A DNA stretch of 64,000 nt from Eledone cirrhosa (Eukaryota), in NCBI GenBank assembly GCA_964016885.1, contig OZ024743.1, positions 324,136,001 through 324,200,000 of the forward strand. Reading direction: 5' to 3'. Below are positions 29,119 to 42,869 of the stretch, one piece after another. Numbering within the stretch: the first letter of the stretch is position 1; each line of letters opens with the position of its first letter. A model generated the notes under the pieces. It searched no databases, was not told the origin of the DNA, and saw only the letters and a program-made list of their open reading frames with translations. The translations under genes and the position numbers were made by a program.

Positions 29119-29416
29119 TAGCATTTTAAAGGGTCCGTCGAGCTGCCGATTATAGAGTCGGGTAAGATCGATACAGATCGAACCTTGAGCTGATCAGTGG
29201 CGAAACGCGCGTCACCTACCAATAAATGTAATGAAGGAGTAACCAATCGTCCTTGTTATCCTTTCAATATATATATATATTGAAAAGATAACAAGGACGA
29301 TTGGTTACTCCTTCATTACATTTATTGCGTTTCGCCACTGATCAGCTCAAGGTTCGATCTGTATCGATCTTACCCGACTCTATAATCGGCAGCTCGACGG
29401 ACCCTTTAAAATGCTA
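29119..29416. repeat. ~150-bp-arm palindrome centred on (TA)n, Penelope-like terminal fragment
   Basis: The arms are reverse complements except for a 12-bp deletion and one mismatch; contains GAAACGCGCGTC followed by AATAAA. Confidence 0.85.
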
Positions 29417-30125
29417 GATATATATAACTCCATTATAAGTGTCATTATACACTTCCGTAGCATGAAGAAAAAGCCCACGTGGCTGAAACCGGTATAATAA
29501 ATTCCTTTTTTGTAAATAAATGTTTTGCTATTATTCTATGAGAAAATTCCATTAGCATTTTCTACTGTTTTTTCTTCTTTAATATTACTAGCAGAAAAAC
29601 CACCCTTCAGGTGGCTTTCTGTTAGCATATGTAGTGTGTATATTGATATTATACGCAAGTATACATGCATGTAGATATGATACATCAAATAAAATTGTAA
29701 TTGACAATATACACAGAAATTGTACGAAGACTGTGTTACACTGTCTTATGTAATCAGTAACGTAATCCATGATACATTAAAAAAAGACGATATTATATAT
29801 AAACTGCATTAGGAGAAAATTAGTGACGGAAATATATGAATGTTTATTGAAGCAATCGCTAAACGGAAGTGAATCTTAAAATAAGGAACAAAATCATTTA
29901 TATTTAATCAAAAATAACGAAATTTAGTAGATAAATTATGTAATATTCATTCATTATTTATTCAAAGTAATCCAACTTATTTTACAAACGGGATAAAAAA
30001 ATATATTCTGGATGCAGTCCCGCACTCCTTTCTTTATTATAGTTTAGATATATATCAACTCGTGTGTCACTTCTCAACATTCTAAATACACACACACACA
30101 CACACACACTCACAGACATATATAT

Positions 30126-30518
30126 GGAGGCACATGGCTTAGTGGTTAGAGTATTGGCCTTGCAATCGAAAAGTTGTGAGTTCAATTCTCAGACTGGGTG
30201 ATGTGTTGTTTCCTTGAGCAAGACACTTTATTTCACATTGCTCCAGTTTACTCAGCTGTAGAAATGAGATGATAGGACTGGGGTCCCTATCATTCCACTG
30301 CAAAGTGGTCATGGAGGTGCCATGGCAAAAAAAGCAGCCAGCCCACACTGTAAAGTGGACGTGTAGGCGGCACAGCAAAAAAGCACCCAGCACTCACTGT
30401 AAATGAGGTTGGTGTTAGGAAGGGCATCCAGCTGTAGAAATCAAGCCAGAATCAGTTCTCGTCCCACCCTTGCAAACAAGGAAAAGCGGACGTAAAATGA
30501 AATGATGAATGAAATGAT
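30126..30518 (+). mobile_element. Full tRNA-derived SINE with RTE-derived 3' end
   Basis: A box TGGCTTAGTGG, B box GTTCAATTC, core CCTTGAGCAAGACACTT; the 3' part matches the RTE UTR at 53400-53540. Confidence 0.85.
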
Positions 30519-31055
30519 ATATATATACAGGGGTGGTGTGCCAGAGGGGACATCCCCCCCCCCGCCCCATAATTATATTTTTCTCCCCAAACTACCAAAA
30601 CACACATCTATTTCTATATGCACTACAACTTATATACATGTTATGTTTATCACATAGAGGTTTAGTTTGTTAAGGTCAGTTTTCACAACCTCCTTCCATG
30701 TATGGTATACATGTATTCAAGAAATTAATATGGTAAAAAAAGCATACAAAATTCTTGGCCTTCAGTTGGAGACTAACCCATAACAGTAACAACAATGTTA
30801 ACCCATAACAACAATATTGACTCATAACAATAACAACACTATTAACCTACAACAATAACAACAATATCCCTCTCCAGGTCTGAATACAGCAGATTTTTTG
30901 CAAGGAAAGACAGAATGGAAGTGGGAAAGAGATATAGAGGAAGAAGCAACTCCAGTACTAGACTGGTACTTATTAATGGACCTTGAAAGGATGAAAGGCA
31001 AAGTTGACATTGGACAGGCAGAGTAACAACAACTATATTAACAGATAGCCTAACC

Positions 31056-33300
31056 CACAGGTTCTCAACCCATTTAGGCCAAACGCCCCCCTACCCTATT
31101 TTTCTATTTTTCAATATACTACTATATCAGTAGATTACTGAAAAATTAACAATATTCCAAAGATACCATTGCAGGCAGCTGAGAGTATAAATACATTCCT
31201 TGAAAGGAAATATATAAATTTCAAAAAAAGGAACATAAATGTTGAATTTGTTATATTCCCACCAGGCATTACCAGCTATTTTGAACATTTATACAAGAGC
31301 AACTCTGTCTATCTCAAGAGTGCTCTTATCTGGAAGAAAGTGGCAATTATATCATTTCAAAGCTTTCCAATTTTCCCTTTAATAAAACGGACAGAATAAA
31401 TGTTGATATCTAACTTGATGTCCCCTCTGCTTTGTGAGCTTAGAGACCACGGAAGAGGGTTTTCATGACAACGCGAGAGGCTATATTTATTAGTAAATGG
31501 TAAAATATATACAACAAATGAGTAAGTGAATTGTGGTAGATGGTTTCCAGTCCAGTCAGACTGCAACTACAAAAAAAAAATTGTTAGTTTGCTTTGTAAC
31601 AATAGCATATCTAAGTTTTCGGATAAATCAACTTACTTTAACTTTGACCTCATTTCAATGGAACCCTTGAGTTTCATGAAGTCTAGTTAACTCTTTGATG
31701 TGAGGCTGAATTTTCCTAAGATGTAGCCAGAGATCTCCACGTGTAATTACATTGTAACGGTTGCGAAACTTACTGTGCAGTCTGGAAACAACATCAAACC
31801 TCCTCTCGACTAAGTATGAGCTTGGAAAAGGCAGAGCAAATCTTTTAGCCTCTGCATGTAGGTGTGGAAATCGACGCTGAATTTCCTTTTGCATCCCAAA
31901 AAGGGGTTTACCTATTTGGGGAAATCTAATTTTGATCATGTCATCTGATTGAAGTTCAATGAATTCTTCCTGAAATTTAACATCCAAATTGTTGACGTTA
32001 GCTATGAAGTGATCTGCTATCCACATTGGAATGTCCATCGGCAAAAGGTTGACAAACCGTTCTCTCATGTTGTCTTGTAGTGCACGGAGGTGAGTGGTAT
32101 AAATTTGGAGTTGGTCATCAGTTACAATGTTTTGAACATTGGCGACACTAGGAAAATTATAGAATTCCCGTCAACAAAGATTCCTTTCGATGACATTCAA
32201 TTTGGCCAGGAATGTTTTCACAGCATTCCTTGCTTTAAGCAAGGTGATCTTCTTCCCCTGCAAAGCCAAAATGACGCTATTGCATTTGTCGAAGATGTCG
32301 GTGAGGTAGGGGTTTTCTTGTACAGTTCTGCATTGTGTCCTCGCAGAAACTCAATGATAGAGTCGAAGAGTTCAAAGAAGTGAGTAAAGCACTTACCCTT
32401 TGAAAGCCACCTCACTTCAGTATGAAGGAGCAACTTGATGAATTCTTTGTCATTATCTTGGCACAGTTGCCGGAAAATTCGTTCATTGAGGGAATGGCGT
32501 TTGATAAAATTGATGACCACCTGCAAGGACTTGCTCACCAGCTTGCTGAGTTTCTTCGCAGCCAAGTGTTGTCGATGAATGACACAATGAACAGCAAATA
32601 CAGATAGATTTTCTCTCTTCAGAAGAGTGACGAAACCCTTATGTTGGCTGACCATTGCTCTTGCGTCGTCCGTAGCACATGATACATTGTGTGTTGTATG
32701 TGGTCCTAGATGTATGTATTACCTGCTTATGTGTTGTATGTGGTCCTAGATGTTTGTATTACCTGATTATGTGTTGCATGTGGTCCTAGATGTGTGTGCT
32801 ACCCGCTTCTGTGTTTTTTCTTTTCTTTTTTTTTTTATTTGTAATATTATTTATACAATAGGGAATAAAATAGATCTACATAGTGTTAACTCATTACGGT
32901 TGAGTCAATAATTTCACACATGAAATACATTGTTATCAGTGAAGGAAAGATAAGATTCTAACTGGCTGCGCTCAAAGTGTCCTTGACCCAGTTGACTGAG
33001 TTTTTTCATTTTTAAGATCACAATTGTCGGTTAATGTCTAGACACGCCTGCACACCTGCTCACAGCTGTGGTCAGACCATAGTTATGTTGTCTGCATGCT
33101 CATTCAAATGCATTCACACTGGCTGTCTCAAAGACATACAAATATGGCTTATAAAACTTACCAAAGTAAATAGCCTTCCAGCGCTCCCAAAGCTCCAAAC
33201 GCCCTCCTAACGCGACGTTGCTCCCAAACGCCCCCCCCCCGGAGTTCCGAAACGCCCCCGGGGGTGCATATGCCCCCCCCCCCCCCGTTGAGAACCTTTG
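31056..33300 (-). mobile_element. hAT (Charlie/Buster-type) DNA transposon, internally deleted
   Basis: TIRs CACAGGTTCTCAAC / GTTGAGAACCTTTG; 8-bp TSD GCCTAACC at 31048-31055 and 33301-33308. Confidence 0.92.
31655..32685 (-). pseudogene. Frameshifted hAT transposase (ZBED5/SCAND3-like)
   Basis: HCVIHRQHLAAK, LLLHTEVRWLSKG, PFPSSYLVE and RGDL motifs spread over two ORFs. Confidence 0.9.
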
Positions 33301-34435
33301 GCCTAACCCATAACAACAACACTATTAACAGACAAGATAGACACCATAACAATAACTACAACAACATTGACAAGATATAAACAATAAGACACACTATAAT
33401 AATTGTTTCTACTTTTGGCACAAGGCCAGCAATTACCCAGTGCATTACTGGTACTTTATTTTATCGACCCCGTAAGGATGAAGACACACTATAATAATAA
33501 CACTAATAGACAAGATAAACACCATAACAATAACTACAACAACATTGACAGACAAGATGTATACAATATAATTAACAATACCAATATTAACAAACAAGAT
33601 AGACAACATAATAATTATAATATTAACAGGCAATATAGACACTATAACTGTACAGACATAATATAAATGGTAACAATAATAATAATTGTTTCTACTTTAG
33701 GCACAAGGCCAGAAATTACCCAGTGCATTACTGGTACTTTATATAATAATATTAACAGATAAGTTAAATAACATAGCAACAACAACAATATTAACAGACA
33801 GGAGATAAACCAATGGAACTTGAAATGTTAAAAGTGGATGGAGATGGTTGGAGAGATTAGCTTTTATGATTTTAGGGAATTAATAACACATTAAGCATGG
33901 GGAGTTGGTAGAGAAATCTCCTAGGATATAATAAATTATTACCACCATCATTAGGAGACAGGGGGGAGTAAAACTGACTTGTTGATAAGAGTCTGTACCA
34001 GTTAGTCTTTTTTTGTTTTTGAAGATTGTTTTTGTTTTGTTTTGTTTTCATTTGGTAATGTGTTCACTACTTTGTCATCACCATGTCACATTTGCATGAC
34101 TCATTGTACTTATCAAAAGAACTTTTAAAATTTTTTTAAAACTTTCTTAAAATTTAAGAAAAGAAAGGAGCTAATTATTATATCAGATCAAGGAAACAAT
34201 GTTTCCATTGGTCTTTCCATTGCTAGTACTATCTGTTGGTCACAACTCCTGGCAAAAGAAAGGAAAGGAATAACTTGTCAAATGAAATTTAATAAAAGCA
34301 AGAAGCAAATTGATAGTTCGGACCAAGGAAACACTGTTTCCGTTGATCTTTCCAAACTGTACTATCTACCAGTTGCAACTCCCAGCAGAAGCAGTACCAC
34401 TTTTCTGGTGACAGATGGTGAGATTTGTGTGTGTG

Positions 34436-34477
<42 letters not shown>

Positions 34478-34825
34478 CATACATACACACAAATGCATAT
34501 TTGCCTAGCTGGCTCTCAACAAAGAGATATATAGAAATATATTTCATGAAAGTGTGTGTGTGAGAGTGGTGTAATTCTGTGTGTGTTGTCATACACAAAG
34601 AAAGCATGAGTAATAGATACAGGAGAATATATAACAATTACATCAGATAATCAATTACAAGAGAACTACATAATACTGTGTAGGATACATTTACTACTTA
34701 TTGACACACACACACACATATATATATATTTACCACCATCCAATCCATGCCAGCATGGAGAAGCGGATGTATAATGATATCTCTCTCCCACTCTCTCATA
34801 TATATATATACAATATATATATACA

Positions 34826-34856
<31 letters not shown>

Positions 34857-35597
34857 ATATTAACAAATGGAAACTATAGTTTCCATTTGTTAATATATTG
34901 TATATTTACTCCAATAATTTAAGTGCTTTATATCGGTTATAAAAATATTTTGCTTGTTGTATCCCAACAAATTAAATATAACCTCTACATATATATATAT
35001 ATATATGTAATTCAAGGAAACAACACAACAGAGGTACAAAAGGGCTTATTAGTTTCACGCTTTATATGGAAAAGGGGAAAGAAAGTTTGACAAGTCGGGC
35101 TTAAGCCGTTCTACAGGAGTATAAAAATAAAGATAGGATCACAAAGAAAAAACAAGTATTATGTATGTATGTTCTTTTATTCTTTTGCTGATATTTCAAT
35201 CATTAGATTGCAGTCATGCCTGAGCACACCTTGAAGGAATTTAGTTGTTCATAACTCCAGTACTCATTTTTAAAAAAAAGTCTGGTAGTTATTTTATTGA
35301 TCTCCTTTTGTCAAACCACTTTCTCTCTACCAAACTCACAAGACATCAGTTGACCTGAAGCTAAAGTAGAATACACTTGCCTGAAACCTTGTGGTTGTAA
35401 ATCATACTCCTTAACCACAGAGCCATACAAGGAAAATAAATAAAGATTAGTGAATAATACATTAGTACTTAACTCTTTTGATACCAACCCAGCTAAATCT
35501 GGCTCTGGTTATATGAAACAAAACCACCCATTTTAAAACGTTCATATTTATATTAAAACCTAACATAATTTAAGAACCATATGGTCAGTTATGATCT

Positions 35598-35933
35598 TAC
35601 TCTTGGGTCCAAATAATAGGGAGGTGGGCATGTGGAATAAGTAGGGGGGGGGGGGATAATTTTTCTAGGTTTAAAAAAAAACCCAGAATTACTCATTTAG
35701 TTTACATATTGAGAGCCCAACCTATCCTATTTATTTTATAACGTATGGAATTTCTAGTAATATACTTTTTTTGTAATGTATAAAGAAAATTTATTGTCAC
35801 AGGAATGCTACCACTTAAAATAAAATTTTTCCCGAGATAGATAGAAAAATTTAATAAGTGTGTGTGTGGGGAAGGAGGAGATGTCTGAAAAATGAATAAG
35901 CAGGAGGGGACAATTATTCAAGACCTGAGAGTA
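35598..35933. mobile_element. Probable TIR element (MITE) nested in a TTAA-type MITE
   Basis: TACTCTTGGGTCCAAATAAT ... ATTATTCAAGACCTGAGAGTA imperfect TIRs. Confidence 0.5.
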
Positions 35934-37175
35934 GTTATGAAATAGTTACTAATTTTAGTAAATCCTTCAAGATTATTTATTAAACAATTGAAATAGAGTA
36001 CATTTCATCAAAAATGTAGTCCCGAAAGGGTTATACCACCATCCATTTTAAAAATGTTCCTATTTAAATCAATATCTTCCTCCTACATAATTTTCTATAA
36101 GAACCATATGTCATTGGCAACATAACACTCCCGAAGTATCAGAACATATGTTAAGTTACTATCTTAGTAATCAAATAATGAATAATTTTTAAAAATCCCT
36201 CAAAATTCCCCATTTAATTGAAATAAAATGTATTTCATTTGAGATATGGTTAATATAGGGTTAAAGAAAAAAATAATAATAACAGTAAAATAGAAAAATC
36301 AAAACTTAAAAGCAACAAAATTCTAAAATCCGTTAGGAATCTGTGAGAGGATGAACAAATTGCTGATTATCTGAGATCTGGCCTAGCACATGTGATTAGG
36401 TTTCCTACTTAATTGCTACTGAAATATGTTAATTCATTATATGCAGATGGCATTTATAGTGATTTGTTCTTGTTACTGTATGTTCTTGTGTATATAATAC
36501 AGGAAATTTTGAAAAAAAAATTAAGAACAAAAAAAAATTTTAAAAATTGGGGGTTGTATTATACATGAGTACATGTTTTAAAAATATTTTTACTGATCTT
36601 AAAAAAATTTATTTCAAATGGCAACATTACGAAAAACGTGTTGATAAATATGCTTTTACACAAACTGTGGTTTTACATTCTTTAACTGCATGACAAACTG
36701 AATACTGTAGTGAAATATATCTGAGATTGAGATTTTGATTGATAAAATGGTACAAGTTAACAAAAAACTTTACATAAACATAGAAGTATTCTGGGGTCAT
36801 ATTATACACAAAGAAATATAGTATGTGTAGTAATTGTAGGGATTCTTCATATATACATCTCAATATATGAGCACATGCTCATACACACACAGGCAGCAGA
36901 GAGGAGTTCCAGCTAGATCCTGTCAACAAAATCTCTATACAGTTTAAATACATAGCAAGTCTCTGATATTTGAATGGCTAAATATTAGCAGAAGGGCACC
37001 CAGGAGCCATGACCTGGATCTGGCCCAGCCCCCTTAGAGTTAAGAAGTTAAGGGCTGAAACACTCACTTGAGAGAGGTTTCTCCTCTGAAGACCTTCTGC
37101 TGTTCAGCCCTCCTGAGAGTTTCTTACCACTGTTAAATGGAAACTTTGTTTTCTCTTATTTAATATATATATATA

Positions 37176-37470
37176 GTCTGAGATGGATAGAATGTAGTGT
37201 GCGAGAGACGAGACTGCGGTGGTATGGACATGTGATGTGCATGGAGGATGACCGATGGGTGAAGAAGCGCCAGGAAATGCCAGTTGAAGGAGGACGTGGT
37301 AGAAAAACATGGGCGGAGGTGGTGAGAACAGACCTCAGATCGCTGAAGCTCACGCTGGAGATGACGAAGGACCATGACAAGTGGAGAGATGCTGTGCTGA
37401 ATAAGACCCGTCCCACCCTTGCAAGCAGGGAAAAGCGGATGTAAAATGATGATGATGATGATGATGATGA
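37176..37470 (+). mobile_element. RTE 3' fragment (third subfamily) with short UTR and (GAT)n
   Basis: [12 protein letters not shown]...GRGRKTWAEVVRTDL; 5' end abuts (TA)n. Confidence 0.85.
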
Positions 37471-37641
37471 TAATCATAGCTAGAAAACTCACATTACGTA
37501 ACTAAATGTGAAAAATTGTATATATGTTTATTGATGCAGATAAAGGAAAACAGGCACAAATAGAACAGGGAAATAAGATGAATGAGGTGTGAGACTAAAC
37601 AAGGTAAACAAAAGGTGAAAAAAAGAAGACATGTATTTATG

Positions 37642-37687
<46 letters not shown>

Positions 37688-37757
37688 TCTCTTTCCCCTC
37701 TCTCCATTTCACACACATTCTTTCACTCTTTCTCACATACACCCCCCCCTCTCTCTC

Positions 37758-37797
<40 letters not shown>

Positions 37798-37897
37798 AAT
37801 TGAGGTTGGTAATGGCACATGGAATATATAAGAGACAGAATACTTTTTTGTGAAAAAACATAATTTTATAAGGTAAGGAAATAATAAAGGGTATAAA

Positions 37898-37945
37898 AAA
37901 TGACCGGTTTCGATGGGTCTGCAAAAGCCATCTTTTCAAATGTTG
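37898..37945 (-). ncRNA. Minimal hammerhead ribozyme, U3-A8 variant (mirror copy)
   Basis: Reverse complement of 38515-38562. Confidence 0.65.
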
Positions 37946-38069
37946 ATTAATATTAAGAAAAATTAATAATACGAAGAGTTAAAATTTGAGACTTGAAAAT
38001 TCAAGTATAAAATTCATTGTGGGATTTCATGTATCTGGATGTATCTGGATGTATGTGTATGTATATATA

Positions 38070-38134
<65 letters not shown>

Positions 38135-38203
38135 ATGTGTATATATATGTGTGTGTGTGTGTATGTGTGTATGTATATGTATGTGTGTGTGTATGTATGT
38201 GTG

Positions 38204-38242
<39 letters not shown>

Positions 38243-38514
38243 GTATGTGTATGTATGTGTGGATGAAGGTATGTGTGTGTATATTGCTTCCACCCCCTCA
38301 CTGACCAGCAGCTGGCTATTGCTAAATCTGACCTTTATAAAATAACCCACACCCCAAATAACTTCTCATTCACTACCAGAAAGGGACACAGCAGTCAACC
38401 TGTTGTTGCTACCTAGATGAAAACTGCTATGAAATCCCACAATGAATTTTATACTTGAATTTTCAAGTCTCAAATTTTAACTCTTCGTATTATTAATTTT
38501 TCTTAATATTAATC

Positions 38515-38562
38515 AACATTTGAAAAGATGGCTTTTGCAGACCCATCGAAACCGGTCATTTT
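38515..38562 (+). ncRNA. Minimal hammerhead ribozyme, U3-A8 variant
   Basis: AACAT-TTGAAAA-GATGG-(11 nt)-CCATC-GAAA-CCGG-TC-ATTTT. Confidence 0.65.
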
Positions 38563-38698
38563 TTATACCCTTTATTATTTCCTTACCTTATAAAATTATG
38601 TTTTTTCACAAAAAAGTATTCTGTCTCTTATATATTCCATGTGCCATTACCAACCTCAATTTTCTCTATAACCTTCGTTTTGTGTAGAAAATTACACT

Positions 38699-38751
<53 letters not shown>

Positions 38752-38984
38752 CGTTTCTACTTTTGGCACAAGGCCAGCAATTATCCCAGTGTATTACTGG
38801 TACTTTATTTTATCGACCCCGTAAGGATGACAGGCTAAGTTAACCTCAGCAGGATTTGAACTCAGACAGTAAAGAGACGTAACTCTATGCTGCAAAGTAT
38901 GTATATATATAATACAGGGAAGTGATATATATCATCAACATTTAACACACACATACATGTGTATGTGAGTGTGTGAAGAAAACA

Positions 38985-40325
38985 TGTGAAGAAGAAGAAG
39001 ACCTACAAAGGCTGGAGAGATATGAAATGAATGTACTTTGAGGGATGTGCAATGTTAGTGTGCATGAATGAAATAGCATAAGTGAACTGTGAGGAAAATT
39101 TGACATAAGAGGAATTGGATGTAAAGTGCAAAAGGGAATACTGCACTGGTACGGACATGTGACTGGGACTGGATGAAAAGGTAGACCCAAGAAGACACGG
39201 GATGAGGTAATAAAGAGTGACCTTAAGGAACTGAGCCTCACACAAGAGATGACAAAGGATCGAGAGGGCTGGCACTATGCTGTGATGAAGAAGACCCAGC
39301 CAGAAGCATACAATATGATCCGGCCCATCCATGAGCCCCTTCCCTTTCCTCCCACTAGCACTCCCTTCAAGTGCATCCACCAGCTATGCCCCCTTCAGAA
39401 CCACTCCTTAACTATTACCCCCCTCTAAAGACCTTAGATATCCTCACCATTGAACCCTAGTAGTTACACTCTACCCCTTGTTCAACCCCACTACCACCCT
39501 TTACCCTTTCACAACCCCCTTATTTTTCCACCACATGCCTCTCTCTATCAACCATACCCCCCCCCACCACTACATCCCCCCTCCTCATAAACTACCCAGC
39601 TACCCCTACCCCTTACTCATCTATTACCCTCTATCTATCTCTCTCTCATGTCCCCCAGTCCCACCATATTGACCACATACCTCACACCACTATATCTCAT
39701 ACACTAATCAGCCACCACTACCCTTTATTCATTGCCCAGCCAAATCTTCACATGCACCTATAACTTCATACCTATCTCCCTCTCCTATTGCCCCCTCCCC
39801 AAAGCTGAGAGAGCTCTACAGTTGGATCTTTGACAAACAACCTCTCGAGTGATAGTGCCATGGAAATGCACCCACTACACTCTGTAAGGGTGGTTTATGA
39901 CAGGAAGGGCATCTCACTGAGAGGACCCGTTAATTGTGTCAAAGACACAACAACCTCCACACAATAAACACCCAGTACTTGCTGTAAAGTGGGTGGTGAT
40001 AGGAAAGGCATACAGCTGAAGAAAGCTTGCCAAACAAAGGGTTGGGAGGATCCTTTAGTTGTGTCAAAAGACATGACAACTCCTCTCCACACGATATGAC
40101 AGTACTGACTGTATGTAAGCTTGTTTGGGAGGTCAGTAGGCCCGCTACATAAGCAGTATAAGATCCCTTAGCCTGTCTGGGAGGTCAGTAGCCTCGCTTG
40201 GTAAACAGGAGACAGATCCCTCAGCCAGTCAGGGAGGCCAGTAGCCCTGCTTCAGTACTGACTTGGTCTATGTAGACCAGCCCTTGCTAGTAGGGAATGA
40301 GGGTGTTAAATGATGATGATGATGA
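38985..40325 (+). mobile_element. Old degenerate RTE 3' fragment with long 3' UTR
   Basis: EDLQRLER..., LHWYGHV, GRPKKTRDEVIKSDL; two AGGAAGGGCAT-like units; (GAT)n tail. Confidence 0.75.
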
Positions 40326-40790
40326 TTATGTCTTTCTACCTCACATATCCCCCCCCCCCACTCTCTCTCTCTAACATTTGTCCTTCTCCCTCTACCCACC
40401 TTTACTATTACCTTTCTCTCTTTCTTCTCAACATTCAATTGGCTTCATCAAATTATACAACTCAAGGTTACATTTAAAATACATTAAAATAAAAAGAAAA
40501 TTTAGCAAATGGGTGGAGGGGACTAACTATTAACGATAACCACAACAACCACAACAATAATAATAATAAAAACAAAAAAATAATAATACTGGAAGCATTA
40601 AAAACAATCTCATAAATATTTTAAATAAACACACATACATATGTACACACATACATACACAAATACTCAAACAGAATCGTACATAACCACACTCATACAC
40701 ACATATACACACTCATACATACAACTACGTACATGCATACTTACACACATACACACAACTACATATACATATGTACATACACATATATAC

Positions 40791-41228
40791 ATCATCATCA
40801 TCATTATTTTACGTCCACTTTTCCCTGCTTGCAAGGGTGGGCCGGTAACTGATTCTGGCATGATTTCTACAGCTGGATGCCCTTCCTAACACCAACCTCA
40901 TTTACAGTGAGTGCTGGGTGCTTTTTTTGCCGTTGCACCTCCACGACCACTTTGCAGTGGAATGATAGGAAACAACACATCATCATCATCTTCGTTTAAG
41001 GTCCATTTTCCACGCTAGCATGGGTTAGACGGGAGTTGTCCCACTTGAGGCAAGGTTGGTCGGGTGACCGTGTCTCGCTCATATAGGACTATCTGGCAGG
41101 TTTTTTACGGCTGGATGCCCTTCCTAACACCAACCACATTTACAATGTGGAACTGTGAACCTTTTACGTGTTACCTACACGGCCACATCACAGCGTGGAC
41201 CGTATGTTTTTTCTTGTGACACCTACAC
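40791..41228 (-). mobile_element. Two adjacent RTE/SINE 3' UTR remnants
   Basis: Two (CAT)n tails and two GGATGCCCTTCCTAACACCAACC motifs. Confidence 0.8.
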
Positions 41229-41974
41229 GATTACACATATATATATATATATATATATTATATTCTGTACTATACATAGAGCACTCTACCTTCCTTTACC
41301 TTTTCTACAGAAATACATACACATATATATACACACACACATATAGACATATATATAGATACAGACATATACACTCAAACACATAGATACATACACACAT
41401 GCAACCACGTACAAAATCATAAGAATTTATCATGTCTAAAAGAAAAAAAAAACAATCACCTCTCCCAAAATACAAACAAAGAACACAAAAAAAATGTTCA
41501 ATCAAAAATCAAAAATATGTCAATCCACTCACGATGGATCCAAGATTAATATATCTAATCAATATGATTTCCAATTCCCAATGAAATAATAGAAAATATC
41601 TGTTTCTTCCAAAATGTTCTAATTCTATAAAGGAGATACCTATAAATAATTCTACATTCATTAGAGTTATATACACCTACACACAAACAAACACACACAC
41701 ACACACGCACGCACAGACACACACACACACCTGTATGTGATTGACAGCTGAGAAAAAAAGAGTACTCGATACCGAAGTAGAGTTTTAATACTAATTTTTA
41801 TTGAGGCTAAAAAGTGAGTCTTGTTGCTCTGGAGTTTTGTCTGATGACCTTGTGATAAACATATATATATATATATATATATATATCACCTTGACTGACC
41901 AGTCTGTCGGACGTCCATTCGGTGCAGATGGTCACAGCAGGTCGTGCTGTTTTAGCCATAAGATAACGCCATCG

Positions 41975-42248
41975 CACTGGTCTAGTGGTAAGAGTGTTGG
42001 ACTTACGATCATAATGTCGTGGGTTCGATTCCTGGGTTGCGTGTTGTGTTCTTGAGCAAAACACTTCATTTCACATTGCTCCAGTATACTCAACTAAAAA
42101 TGAGTACTAGCAATAGCTGTAGGTTTAACCCTGCGATGGACTGGCGTCCTGTCCAGGGGCGAGTCTTGTACTCTCAGTCACTTCACGCCATGAAACTGGG
42201 ACAAGCACCGGCCAAATGAGCTTTCTGGCTTAAGACAGACTTTAGACT
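41975..42248 (+). mobile_element. tRNA-derived SINE
   Basis: TGGTCTAGTGG, GGTTCGATTCC and the core domain; an inverted sister copy lies at 42870-43142. Confidence 0.8.
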
Positions 42249-42514
42249 TAGATATATATATACACTTTGGTTATTGAAGTCATATACACCTATGCACACA
42301 TACACATATATGTATATATGTATATGTGTGTGTGTGAGATGTTGAGGGACAAGATAATGAGTACTCAATACCAAGGTTACTCTGGGGTTTCACCTGTATA
42401 CTTACAGGATCATATACACCTAAAGACACATATATGTACACTTTGGTCAGTGAAATGATATACACTTATGCACACATACACATATATACATTCTGTGTTA
42501 TTGTTAGGTGATGT

Positions 42515-42563
42515 GTCTTGTTACTAGATTCACCTGTGTACTTACAGGATCATCAGACAAGAC
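42515..42563 (-). ncRNA. Minimal hammerhead ribozyme with 7-bp stem I and one core substitution
   Basis: Reverse complement GTCTTGT-CTGATGA-T-CCTGT-AAGTAC-ACAGG-T-GAAT-CTAG-TA-ACAAGAC. Confidence 0.65.
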
Positions 42564-42869
42564 AAGTTGCTCTGTTGTGAGACAAGCCAGATCATTTGAG
42601 CTTGAAATGCTTGTGGCATAACTTTTACTCCCATGAATATTAATTACCCTTGTATATATTATGTCTGAGTTAAGTACATTTCACGGTCAATTTTCCTGTT
42701 TTAGCACAGGTTAACCTTGTGAGCCCCGTGAGGTCCTTTTTTAGATAATGCTTTATAGCTGGATGCCCTTCCTAGGTGTTTCTCTACAGTAGGCTTATAT
42801 AGGAACAGCACAGAAGAATGGTTGGCATTGAAAAGAGGGAGAGGAGGGGGATATTGTAAGTCTACAAGT

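Larger units (their letters stand above)
37794..38665. repeat. Inverted pair of 237-bp arms (37794-38030 and 38429-38665), each containing a hammerhead
   Basis: The arms read as exact reverse complements by eye. Confidence 0.9.

Noticed and set aside
30126-30205. tRNA genes at A/B-box motifs
   Set aside because: These are SINE heads followed by core and tail; no clean cloverleaf.
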